A stretch of 64,000 bases of DNA from Eledone cirrhosa. Its lineage: Eukaryota. The notes beneath the pieces are model-generated. The model made no database searches and was not told where the DNA came from. It was given only the letters and a program-made list of their open reading frames with translations. The DNA is taken from assembly GCA_964016885.1 (NCBI GenBank), contig OZ024748.1:30132001-30196000 (forward strand), in the 5' to 3' direction. Of the stretch, positions 1 to 10,469 are shown in pieces. Each line of letters begins with the position of its first letter. The stretch's first letter is position 1. The position numbers and the translations under genes were made by a program.

Positions 1-775
1 TCATTGTTTTCATTTTGAGTTTCATCTTGAGCATGCACTCCTTCCACTTTTTCGATCCTTTCATTAATTTGTTCTGCTGTCAGTGATTCCGCCCAGACCC
101 TGGGATTTAAGGTGTTACAATTTACTTCATTTTCACTGACATGTTTCATTTTCCCTTCGATGACTTTGCGCTAATTGCTTGATCTGATCAATTTCTATGT
201 CAGTAACTTCTTAATGTTTCTTCTTATATTAGCTAGTTTGTTACTGTCAATATAATCTGTTTTCGGGATGTTTCTTTTTACAGTTGATATGTCTGTTCTG
301 TATTCGATCTATTTGATGGGTAGCACATGGCAGTGTAGAAAGCTTCAAGGACTTCTTTATTGTCTTCCCTTAACCATTTTTCTCTCTTTTTCTTTGGATT
401 TCTTGGTGGTGAGCATAGAGAGCCATCAGTAGGAGTATTCCGGTTATGGGAGGTCTCCAGCTCCAAATTGATGGGAAGGTTTGAACCATTAGCTCATTTT
501 TTTACCCCAGTCAGGTTCTTCTCTGAGGGACGTGGCTCATTTTGACCCGGCTGACGGCCGATCCGGAATGAGTTTTTAACATTTGACATTGGATTTATTT
601 TGTTGTGTTTTATCCTTAACCGCCAAAGGGTAATCATTTCGAATTACGACTCCTAGGACGAGTGTCAACCAAGACTAGAGAGGTCATCCTCCCCTAGAGA
701 CACGGCTATTCTTCGCTGGCCGCCATCCCACTATTTCTTGGTCACAGGGTTTTTTGGGGGGGGTTTTAAAATTGT
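1..775 (-). mobile_element. 5' portion of a degraded R4/Dong-like LINE (5' UTR plus N-terminal ORF remnant)
   Basis: The minus-strand remnant KREKWLREDNKEVLEAFYTA resembles R4/Dong N-termini. It contains stops and begins next to a short TAA tract. Confidence 0.55.
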
Positions 776-1626
776 TATTATTATGAGTGGTTCCTTAATG
801 TGAACCCTGTGTGGCTAATAAAGAAATTATTAATATAATATACTTGTGGCCTTTGTTGAAGTTGCCATTGTTGTTGTTGTTGGCTATGCCGGTGGTACTG
901 GGGCTTTTTCCGGAGGGAGGAGGGGAAGTTATATTGTTGGTGGGGTACTTCAGTGCCATTGTAGTTGTTAATGTTGAGATGTTCAAAATTTCATTTTGAC
1001 TGGGTCACTAAGTCAATCTATTTAAATCTTTTGGTAGCTTCTTCCTTTCTAGTTTTGTCTAGTGTTACTGCTACCTTCCCTCTCCTTCTCAGAAAATTTG
1101 ATGTCAACTTTTCTTAAGTTAACAGAAGGTAGTGGGGGTAATAGTGATGGTAACAATGATGGAGTGGTGGTGGCGGTGGTGATGGGGTAGTGGTACTGTA
1201 GTAATGGTGTTGTTGCCGCTGTTGGTTTGTCTCTGGCTAAATTTTGTAGCCACTACAATGTATTGTTGTGTTTGTTTGGTATTTTTGTTAGCAGTAGCTA
1301 TGTGGTTTGTTGCCTATGTTTAATATACATGTTGACATCTTTCCTTAATATTTGAACCAAACATTTTGAATAAACTTGAGATACAATAGTAATAATTATT
1401 ATTATGCTGGGATTGGTGGTGGTGGCAGTGGTTGTGGTAAAACTGCCGTTATTTGGCTGTTATATTTAGTGTACACAGGGGATTTCTTGCATTTGTAACC
1501 ATTTTCTTTTTTGAATATAAAATTTCTAATACAAAATTAAATAGGATGTTATGGGTTCTCACTTCCTGAGAGCTAAGGCTGGTGCCTTATGTCCCATCTG
1601 TAATAAGAATTATTATTATTATTATT

Positions 1627-3186
1627 CTTTGAGTCTCAGTCATTGATGTTAGTTAACTGGAAAGTTTGTTGAAATGAATATCAAGCCACTACCTTCAGGA
1701 CGTATCGGAGGGTTCTTGCTATTCCCAGCAAGCATGCCTTTTGAAGCATTCCAAAAAGCGTGAAGGGGCCAATTTTCTTTAACTATCCCTGGAAACTTTT
1801 TGAGATAGTACCTAGTGCGCCTATGACAATCGGGACCACTTTGACTTCATGGCAGTTCCAAATCCTTTTTACCTCCCACTTTAAGTCCTGGTATCGGTTA
1901 ATTTTCTCCCTCTCCTTCTCTTGCACTTTCGTGTCGAATGGGCAGGCCACATCCACAATCAGGCACAATCTTTTTTCTTTGCCCAAAACCACCAGGTCAG
2001 GTCTATTGTGTTCCAGTTTCTTGTCCGTCTGTATCCTAAAATCCCACAGCACCTTCACCTGATCGTTTTCTATCGCCGACTCTGGCTTATGCTCATACCA
2101 CTTCTCAGAATGTGGTAAATTGTTTACTTTGCATAGGTGCCAGTGGATCACCCTGCCCATCACATCATGTCTCCAGCCCTTATAGTGAGTCTGGGCTAGG
2201 TTTTTATACTCGGATACAATGTGAGCCACAGTCTCCTCTCTCTCTCCACAGATTCTGCACAGTGGGCTAGCCTCCTCCTTGTAAATATGGTGTTTCAACC
2301 ACTTTATTTTGAGGGCCTGCTCTTGCGCAGCCATTAACATTCCTTCTGTAGCCTTTTTAAGGTCTCCTCTTTTCAACCAGTTCCATGTCTGTGGATCTCT
2401 GAATTCAGTTTTCTCAAAGAAGGTACTATGAAGGGATTTTTCCTGAAGGCTGCTCTTTCTCCTTGTTATTTCCTCCCTGGACATCCCCTGGTCTATTGTC
2501 CTCTCCTTCAGTACAGTTCTGAGCATTGGCTCCTTACTATCAGTCACGTATTTGTGTAGGTTGTTTTTCTCCATCTGAACACAGTCCTCTATGCTGATAA
2601 GACCTCTTCCACCTTCAGATCTCCTTAAGTAGAGTCTATCGACATCACTCCTCTTGTGGAACATGTTGTAGATAGTCAATAGCTTCCTAGTCTTCCTATC
2701 CATTTCTTTTTGTTCAGCAACATTCCATCTCAGAATTCCCGCACTGTACCTAATAATAGACACAGCTCGGGAATTTACTGCACTTATGGCATTCCTACTG
2801 TTCAGATGTGACTTTAATATGCTCCTTACTCTCCGAATGTATTCAGTTCTTATCAATTCCTTCATTTTTTTGTTCTTGATGTCATCAGCCTCCAGAACAC
2901 CCAAATACTTGTATCCTTCTTCAGTGTCAATTTCCTTTATCATCTCACCTGTTGGTACCTGGATTCCGTTGCTTCTGCTCAATTTACCCCTCTTCATCAC
3001 AAGGACTCCACACTTACTAATACCAAATTGCATACATATATCATTGCTGAAAATACGGACAGTGTCAACAAGCACATCCAACACCTTCTCACTCTTCCCG
3101 AAGAGCTTAAGATCGTCCATGAAGAGGAGGTGATTGATGGTAAGCTCTCCCTTTCCCAACTTGCATCCTGCTCTCACTTTTCGCAG
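1627..3186 (-). mobile_element. 5'-truncated R4/Dong LINE (RT 3' half, CCHC finger, RLE nuclease)
   Basis: ORF 1783-3177 has HLLFMDDLKL, YKYLG, CRICGEREETVAHIVSE(Y), RHD and RPDLVV...IVDVACP...KINRY. A frameshift lies near the C-terminus. (TAA)n on both sides. Confidence 0.9.
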
Positions 3187-3202
3187 TATTATTATTATTA
3201 TT

Positions 3203-4101
3203 ACAGTTGCATTTATCTTGCTTTATGTTCATACGAGTTATCACCAAGTCACAACCAGTGACCTCAAGAGACAACAAGGTCCGCCATGTTCAAGGAAGAA
3301 CATACATACTCACACATGCATCTTTAGTATTTAGACTTGTGATGCACTTATATTGACAGAATCTTCCTTAGTATATGGGCAGTTCCCATTAGTACTATCT
3401 TTTGTATTTCTCCTATACGCGGGTTTCCTGGGATCTGCGATAAGTAATCATTAGACCCCTTAGGTATCATTCCCAGAGCGCCTACAACCACTGGTATTGT
3501 TTTAGTTCTCAATTTCCACATTTTTCCAATTTCTATCTCCAGGTCCTTATACTTGCTCAATTTTTCAAATGTTTTTATAGATACATTCTTGTCTATTGGA
3601 ACAGACATATCAATTAGCAGGCATACCCTCTTTTTAAAGTCCTTCAATATTATATCAGGTCTATTTGCATCTATTTTTCGGTCTGTTTGGATGCTAAAGT
3701 TCCACAAGATTGAGATGTGATCTTTTTCAAGTATGGGAGGTGGTTGATGCTCCCACCAATTCTTTTGATGGGGCAGGTCAAAATGCTTACACATTATCCA
3801 ATGTATGTATTGTGCAGCTCTGTCATGCCTGTTTAGGTATTCGGTTGGAGCTATAGGACTGCACATTGAAATTATATGGTCAATGGTCTCTGGTTGTTTT
3901 TTGCATACACGGCATAATGGGCTGCATCCATTTTTTATTATGTTGGCTTGGTAATTTTTTGTTGGCAGACACTGATCTTGTGCTGATATAATCAGTCCTT
4001 TAGTCTCCGATTTCAGTCCAGAGGATGCCAACCACTGATGGGTTAAAGTTTTGTCAACATCAGGATTGTTAGCTCGCTCTGGGTATTTTCCATACAGAGG
4101 C

Positions 4102-4105
<4 letters not shown>
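3203..4105 (-). mobile_element. 5'-truncated R4/Dong LINE, second subfamily (CCHC + RLE + 3' UTR)
   Basis: ORF 3348-4031 has CRVCKKQPETIDHIISMC, RHD and RPDII...LIDMSVP...KLSKY. Bounded by (TAA)n tracts. Confidence 0.9.
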
Positions 4106-4156
<51 letters not shown>

Positions 4157-4864
4157 GGCGACCTACGTAGTAAATAGTATCATCGTGAGCTCCGCAAAGG
4201 TTTGTTATTTCCGTTTGTTAAAAATTGTCATTTATGGAAAATTTTATTGTTAACTGTTTATAAGCACACATACATTGTTTTCCGAAAAGACACCCAAAAA
4301 GATTGGGGCCTTGTGCCCAAAATTTTAACTTTTATTATTATCAAAAAATTTCTTTGAAAAAAAATGGCTAATTCACCTCTGCACGAAGCAGCTGAAAGCC
4401 TTCCTCACAAAATAACACCTCACACCGACACCACCATTGTAAATGTTACTACGTTTGCCAACACAAAAAAAATATAAGCAGTAGCAATATTTTAAATTTG
4501 TCTCAGGCAGACATTCATTTCCCGCCATTACCAATGACTGCAGGTGTTAAAGCCTCCACCACCACCACGACAACCACCACCCCCACCACCACCGCGACAA
4601 CAGAAACAAAAGAAGAAAAAAATAAATTAACTCGTGATGTCGAAATGAAATCAAGCAAAATGGACTCTTCCGCACCAAAGACGACTGACGTCACCACCAC
4701 CACAACTGAAACTAAAATTAATATTAACACAAATAACGATAGCAACAACAACAACAATGACATTATAAAACCGACCCTCAGTTTCGCCATAGTAGCAAAA
4801 CAGTTCGAAGCATTCACGGTAACTCAGGAGGATTTAGAAAATGCCAAACAAATGGTAAAGAAAG

Positions 4865-6337
4865 ATGGGTACAGGGTCAGCCTCACCCCCCCCACCTAAT
4901 AAAATGGAGCATCGGCGCCTATGCACCGTGTCGTATAGAACAATAAATGTAAAATCACGCCGAGTGGAACGGGCATCCGAGTCCCAAATCCAAAAAGCTT
5001 TGGGACATGTGTGGGCAAGAAAAACCCACATCAGACGTGGGCAAAAGTATGGAACCGTGGATGTGTTCTTTGAAACACCAGAGGAGGCTAGAGAACACTC
5101 CATGGCCCCATTAAAAAGTGACGACTTCACACTCGTCCCAAGCTATTGTGGCCAGAGACTCGTAAAGATCAGGGTGACCCACGTTCCACCGGCCATCGAA
5201 ATTCCCTGGCTAATAGCGGCTGTCCTCGCCGGCATCGAAGCCAACACGAAAATAATAGCAATAGCAAAAGAAAAGCAGGAAAACTGGTCCGGATCTGGGA
5301 TGGAGCTCCTGATCCAAGCGAACCAAAAAAGCATTGAGGAGATCCCAGAGGTAATAGACCTCACTGACGGCAGCCACCTCACGGTAATTGTCGAGGGCAG
5401 AAGACCTAGGTGTGTCGTTTGTGGTGAAGGAACCCACCTAAGGGCTTTCTGCCCTCAGGTTAAAAGGTTGAGGCCACCTCTCCTACCCACCCCAGTGACA
5501 CAACCATCAACACCACCAGTAGCAGAGATGGCAGCAACAACAGAAGCAACTATAACAGCAACAACCCCAGCAACAGTAGCAAAACCAATACCACTACCAC
5601 CACCAGCAAAACCAACACCACCACCACCCAACGCTTCAGAACTAGCACCAGCGCCTACACCATCCACCACACCACAACCAAAACTAACGGCTGTGGAGGA
5701 TTTTCCACTCCCCGGCCTATCACAACTGGAGACAGATTGTGACGACGAGGAGTGGGAAACGATATCCGGAAAAAAAAAAAGAAACCAAAAAAGAAAAAAT
5801 TCTCTTCCTTCCCCCTCCAAAAACAAAATACAGAGGGAAACAAATAAATTAAGAAACAAAAAAGTTAGGACAGATATGCCACCATCCACACCAGCATCAC
5901 CAACCCCATCAACCCAAACACCAACACCATCACCATCATTAACCCCTGCACCACCATCACCTACACCACAAAAGTCACCAAAATGCGAAACAGAAACAAA
6001 CCCACAACAAACGCAAACAAAACAAAACAACCAAAACGATACACACTACACAGCATTAAATTTGAACAACAAGCAATTATTACACTACATCCAACACAAC
6101 ACCAGCATCACAGAAAAAGACTACACAACAACCCCAAAATTCACACCACCTCCACACATACAAATCACTCGCATCACACAGAAAACGTACATGACACTAA
6201 AACAAAAATTCCCCAAAGACATCGGAGACTTCCGACAAGCACTCTCCAGGAGGATTTATAAGGACATCCTTCCTGAGGAGACCACAAGCAGTGAAAAGGA
6301 TGGAAAAACCGTCCTTCCCCTACGAGAAGTAAGGTAA
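4865..6337 (+). CDS. LINE ORF1 (gag-like, CCHC zinc knuckle, Pro/Thr-rich tail); probably extends upstream across homopolymer frameshifts
   Basis: CVVCGEGTHLRAFC knuckle and a basic KKKRNQKRK patch. Upstream frame 4498-4899 overlaps it at the C-run near 4886-4894. Confidence 0.8.
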   Translation: MGTGSASPPPPNKMEHRRLCTVSYRTINVKSRRVERASESQIQKALGHVWARKTHIRRGQKYGTVDVFFETPEEAREHSMAPLKSDDFTLVPSYCGQRLVKIRVTHVPPAIEIPWLIAAVLAGIEANTKIIAIAKEKQENWSGSGMELLIQANQKSIEEIPEVIDLTDGSHLTVIVEGRRPRCVVCGEGTHLRAFCPQVKRLRPPLLPTPVTQPSTPPVAEMAATTEATITATTPATVAKPIPLPPPAKPTPPPPNASELAPAPTPSTTPQPKLTAVEDFPLPGLSQLETDCDDEEWETISGKKKRNQKRKNSLPSPSKNKIQRETNKLRNKKVRTDMPPSTPASPTPSTQTPTPSPSLTPAPPSPTPQKSPKCETETNPQQTQTKQNNQNDTHYTALNLNNKQLLHYIQHNTSITEKDYTTTPKFTPPPHIQITRITQKTYMTLKQKFPKDIGDFRQALSRRIYKDILPEETTSSEKDGKTVLPLREVR

Positions 6338-6371
6338 GTGCTCTTTCCCATCTTTTCCACTCCTTTTCAAC

Positions 6372-9300
6372 ATGACCTCACTCAGAATAGGCAGCATAAA
6401 TGCGCGTGGCTTGGGGTCGTCATGGAAGCAGGGCCACCTGCTCAACGACCTCAGGTCACTAAACATAGATGTAGTGGCCATCAGCGAGACCAGAATCTCC
6501 GAAGCACAGGCTTTCGCACCGATCTTCGGCGGCTACGATGTGTACGCATCTCCCAGCCGTCCGGGATCGGGGGGAGGAGTTGCTGTGCTTTTTCGGAGAG
6601 GTTTGGATCTTGCCATACGGGCCATCTTCCTGGACCCAGAAGGTAAGTTGGTGGTGCTGGACGTGACCAGCGGAGACGGGCAAGCTTTCAGGTTAGTGGC
6701 CGTCTATGCCCCGACAGGAGCAGGGCGGCCTGATTTCTTCCGGCGTCTGGAGACCTTTCTTGGAACGTCCCGCTCTTTAGTGTTAGTGGGCGACTGGAAC
6801 GGGATCTTAGATGCACGCTGGGATTGTGTGGGATTAGTGGATAGGGAAGGAGGGTGCAAGAGTCTCACCAACCTGCTCAGACGTTTTGAACTGTCTGACA
6901 GGTACCGATTGGATTTCCCGAATGTACCAATGTGGACTTGGACAAATCGCATAGGGTCATCCAGATCATATCTAGATAGAGTATTTTGTAGGGAAATAGA
7001 TAGGTCTAGCATAGGCTGTCCACAATTCAAGATAGTCAGCTACACGGACCACAAATTCGTGATCTGTGTGCTTGACTTAGATAGGCTTCATAGACGAGGA
7101 CCCGGCTACTGGAAGCTAAATGCGTCCTTACCAGCGCGCAAGGCCTACAGAGACCGGATTAGCGAACTAGTTAAGCGGGCGTTGACGGGGGCCATCGTCA
7201 ACAACAAGTGGTGGTTTGCTCTGAAAAGAGCAATTAGAATAGAGTCCATTAGGTTTAGTAAGACTTTAGCAATAGAAAAAGATAGAGCAGAGGGAGAATT
7301 AGTTAGAAAATTAGATGAGGCGCTTAGCAAAGGCATCGCGACCGACGTACTTGCGGCGAAATTGGCCCTTGACCAATTCTTCAATGCAAAGCACGAAGGC
7401 TGCGTTGTCAGAGCTAGGGTGCGTGCTCTCAGACACGAGGGGACAAAAGCCGTTCAATGGGCCCGAGTGGCGGAGGCGCGTCGTGGCAACAAAGCCACGA
7501 TCCGGTGTTTGGTGGACCACGACGGGCGCATGCTACTCGATCCCGGGCAAATGTGTGAAGCTTTTCAGCGACACTTCGCTCAACTGTTCGGGGGCAGTGG
7601 CGGGCTGGATCGAGGGATGGACTTTAGTGTCTACCTCGACGGACTGCCGCGGCTTTCGGCCACTGAGGCGGAGTGTTGCGAAAAGCCGATAACAACCGCT
7701 GAAGTACGGGATGCAATGACTAGTTGCACAAGGGGTAAATCGCCTGGTTTGGATGGTCTGCCCTATGAACTTTACGTACAAATGCCAAACTTGTTCGGAG
7801 GCCTCTTGGCGGACGTCTACTGCAACTGGCAACAGAACAGGAGAATTCCCAGCTCTGTGAGCCGAGGAGCGGTGGCGCTGCTGAGAAAGGATCCGAACAA
7901 GGGGGATAACATAGATAATTTTAGGCCCATAACTCTGCTAAACACAGAGTTCAAGATTTTGGCCAAGGTGCTAGCAAAGAGGTTGGCGCTTGTCGTTGGT
8001 GGTCTGGTGGGAGAGGCACAGACATGCGCCATTCCCGACAGATCCATCCACGACAACCTCCACCTCATGCGATACATCATAGAGAGGGTAGCTAGGGAAC
8101 CTGGTACGGGTGGGTCTTTGATCAATTTAGATCAGTCGAAAGCCTTCGATAGGGTCGACCATCGTTACCTAGCGGCAAACCTGAGGGCGGCTGGCTTTGG
8201 GCCCGTCTTCAGAGGCTGGATCGCTGCCATGCACAGCGACATCTGCTCTGTAGTGAGAGTGAACGGTCACCTTTCGGAACCGTTCAACATCATGCGCTCG
8301 GTCCGCCAAGGATGTCCCCTCTCGTCCCTATTGTACGTATTGACTCTCGAGCCATTACTGCACAAACTGGAGACGTTGAGGGGGGTCCCGCGCGAACTAG
8401 GATGCGGAAGATCCGTGTCAGCATATGCCGACGATGTCACCGTAGTGGTGTCGAACGCCAAACACATCGAGGCGATCGGCACTACACTAAGAGAATACGA
8501 AGCGGTGACAGGAGCAATGATCAACCAGGAAAAGTCAGTGGGCCTGCAGCTCGGCACCTGGAGAGGCAGGTCCATGCCGCCCAACAGCGTCGTCGGGCGC
8601 TGGACGGACGGACCGGTTAAATTGCTAGGGGTCTGGTTCGGTCCAGACCTCCAGACGGACAAAAACTGGGACGAGGTGACAAGCAGGGTGGCTTCTCTCA
8701 CCCAGAAATGGGCCGAGAGGAAGCTATCCCTGAAAGGTCGAGCGGAGGTGGCGAATGCGTACATCGCATCCGTCATCTACTACCGCCTAACCGTCGTACC
8801 TTGTCCTAAGCCCCGCCTGACTGCGCTGGAGCGTTTGCTCTTTCGCTTCTTGTGGAAGGGACGCGCTCCGATGGTCAGGCGGTCCATCTGCTGTCAACAC
8901 CCGCTACGTGGAGGGCTGGGCATGCCGTGGCTGATGATGCGCAGACACGCGCTCAGGCTACGACATCTCCACCTCTTCCTCGACGTTGATCAGGTGTGGT
9001 CGCCGTTTGCTAGACACGTTTTTCCCCAGCTCGTCTCCTTGACGGAGCTGCAGTCCTGGGTCAAGCGAAGACCGAGAGGGAGCGCTTGGAGACTGGAATG
9101 TCTTCAGGCGCTCACAGTCCTCGACCAATCGGGCAATGTGATCGGTGGAAACTCCACCTTGGCGTTCTATAGGGGATTAGTGGAGGGGAAGAGCGACGAC
9201 ATACTTGGAGAAACTCTAGGCGTCGACGAAAATCAACTAGCCAATCTCTTCGGAAGGACTTTCGGGCCGGGGCCTATGGACAACTTCCAGAAATCCCTGG

Positions 9301-9791
9301 CCTGGCAGTGCTACCGAGGAGCTTTGCCAGTTCGGGATAAACTCTACAGGCATGGAGGTGCCGTCAGCCGGGCATGTCCGAGATGCGCGCAGGGCGATGA
9401 AACCGTCCTGCACGCACTCGTCCAGTGTCCGAGCATTGCTGACTTGTGGGTTTATGTCGAACACCTGCTGTCACGTGTAGGACGGATCCAGCTATCAGCT
9501 GAGTCCATCGTGAGGATTGCCCCGCCCCCTTCCTTTAGCCGGGAAGGGCAAGCAGTTTTTATCTGTCTGGTGGCCATGGCGAAAGAGATAGTATGGTGGA
9601 CACGTTTGAAAGGGCTGAAGACGAGCACTTACCTCTTCGGTGATGCCCTGATTAACTTTTTCAAATTTCATTTGAAAAGGAAAATCAGGGTAGAGAGGGA
9701 AGTGCTCTCTTCCCAGCATTTTGTTGAAAGATGGGTGAGAGAAGCAAGTATGGCCCGAATGAATGGGCCTTCTCTGAGTATGTGTCTGTAA
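6372..9791 (+). CDS. LINE ORF2: APE endonuclease, reverse transcriptase, C-terminal zinc finger (intact, 1139 aa)
   Basis: SINARG, SET, VYAP, GDWN, YLDR, TDH; SPGLDG, FRPITLLN, DQSKAFDRVDH, VRQGCPLS, YADD; CPRC...ETVLHALVQC. Confidence 0.96.
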   Translation: MTSLRIGSINARGLGSSWKQGHLLNDLRSLNIDVVAISETRISEAQAFAPIFGGYDVYASPSRPGSGGGVAVLFRRGLDLAIRAIFLDPEGKLVVLDVTSGDGQAFRLVAVYAPTGAGRPDFFRRLETFLGTSRSLVLVGDWNGILDARWDCVGLVDREGGCKSLTNLLRRFELSDRYRLDFPNVPMWTWTNRIGSSRSYLDRVFCREIDRSSIGCPQFKIVSYTDHKFVICVLDLDRLHRRGPGYWKLNASLPARKAYRDRISELVKRALTGAIVNNKWWFALKRAIRIESIRFSKTLAIEKDRAEGELVRKLDEALSKGIATDVLAAKLALDQFFNAKHEGCVVRARVRALRHEGTKAVQWARVAEARRGNKATIRCLVDHDGRMLLDPGQMCEAFQRHFAQLFGGSGGLDRGMDFSVYLDGLPRLSATEAECCEKPITTAEVRDAMTSCTRGKSPGLDGLPYELYVQMPNLFGGLLADVYCNWQQNRRIPSSVSRGAVALLRKDPNKGDNIDNFRPITLLNTEFKILAKVLAKRLALVVGGLVGEAQTCAIPDRSIHDNLHLMRYIIERVAREPGTGGSLINLDQSKAFDRVDHRYLAANLRAAGFGPVFRGWIAAMHSDICSVVRVNGHLSEPFNIMRSVRQGCPLSSLLYVLTLEPLLHKLETLRGVPRELGCGRSVSAYADDVTVVVSNAKHIEAIGTTLREYEAVTGAMINQEKSVGLQLGTWRGRSMPPNSVVGRWTDGPVKLLGVWFGPDLQTDKNWDEVTSRVASLTQKWAERKLSLKGRAEVANAYIASVIYYRLTVVPCPKPRLTALERLLFRFLWKGRAPMVRRSICCQHPLRGGLGMPWLMMRRHALRLRHLHLFLDVDQVWSPFARHVFPQLVSLTELQSWVKRRPRGSAWRLECLQALTVLDQSGNVIGGNSTLAFYRGLVEGKSDDILGETLGVDENQLANLFGRTFGPGPMDNFQKSLAWQCYRGALPVRDKLYRHGGAVSRACPRCAQGDETVLHALVQCPSIADLWVYVEHLLSRVGRIQLSAESIVRIAPPPSFSREGQAVFICLVAMAKEIVWWTRLKGLKTSTYLFGDALINFFKFHLKRKIRVEREVLSSQHFVERWVREASMARMNGPSLSMCL

Positions 9792-10033
9792 ATTAAAGGT
9801 GGAAAACTGGGAGAGGGCACTTGCCCTGGTGGTCAGGGCCACTGTGGTCTTTTAATGGGCTTTCTCCACAAATGTCCCTCGGAAGTCTCCCCCTTATTGG
9901 GGAATTTTTCTTTGTTATTTTATTTCAACCTCTGTTTTTTTACACGCAGAAATGCCCATTTGTACCGTCCTGTATTGTCCTGTACTGTCCTTAATGTCTA
10001 CTTTATGTAAACCCGTGTGGTTAATAAAGAAAA

Positions 10034-10064
<31 letters not shown>

Positions 10065-10327
10065 GCAGGAATCTCTTGGCCGCTTTGGACCAAACTTTGT
10101 CAGACTTCTGTAGTAAGTATTTTTGTCTCTCACTGTGTGTTGTAGAGTTAGACAAGTGTTGTGTGTTGTACTGACCCTGACATATTACTGGTACACATGT
10201 TAGTAAACTTGAAACAATAATAATTTGAAATTTAAAAAAAATGAAATTTATAGCTCACACTTAGGTAGTTTTAGTTGGTCTCCTATAAACAATGATAGGT
10301 AAATGTTTAATGTTATTGTTGTTGCAG

Positions 10328-10469
10328 TCATTGGACAGACTTATATCCCTATGATTTCCTTGATGAACGGATGCAGAAAACTTTGAAAGATATTTCCCAA
10401 AGGATTGTTACCATTTATCCAGAACTACGCAAGGAAGTGGCAAACATTATGCAGAATCTCTACAATGAA
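10328..10469 (+). CDS. RASGEF1B: RasGEF1 exon a ([10 protein letters not shown]...NLYNE)
   Basis: tgttgcag| ... gaa|gtaagt; ends in phase 0. Confidence 0.9.

Larger units (their letters stand above)
4157..10033 (+). mobile_element. Apparently full-length Tx1/L1-clade LINE in a (TTA)n microsatellite
   Basis: Two-ORF layout, AATAAA at 10023, and (tta)n on both flanks (4106-4156, 10035-10064). Confidence 0.92.

Noticed and set aside
6338-9842. Overlapping and antisense ORFs inside LINE ORF2 (and similar ones in other LINEs)
   Set aside because: Shadow frames with no recognisable motifs
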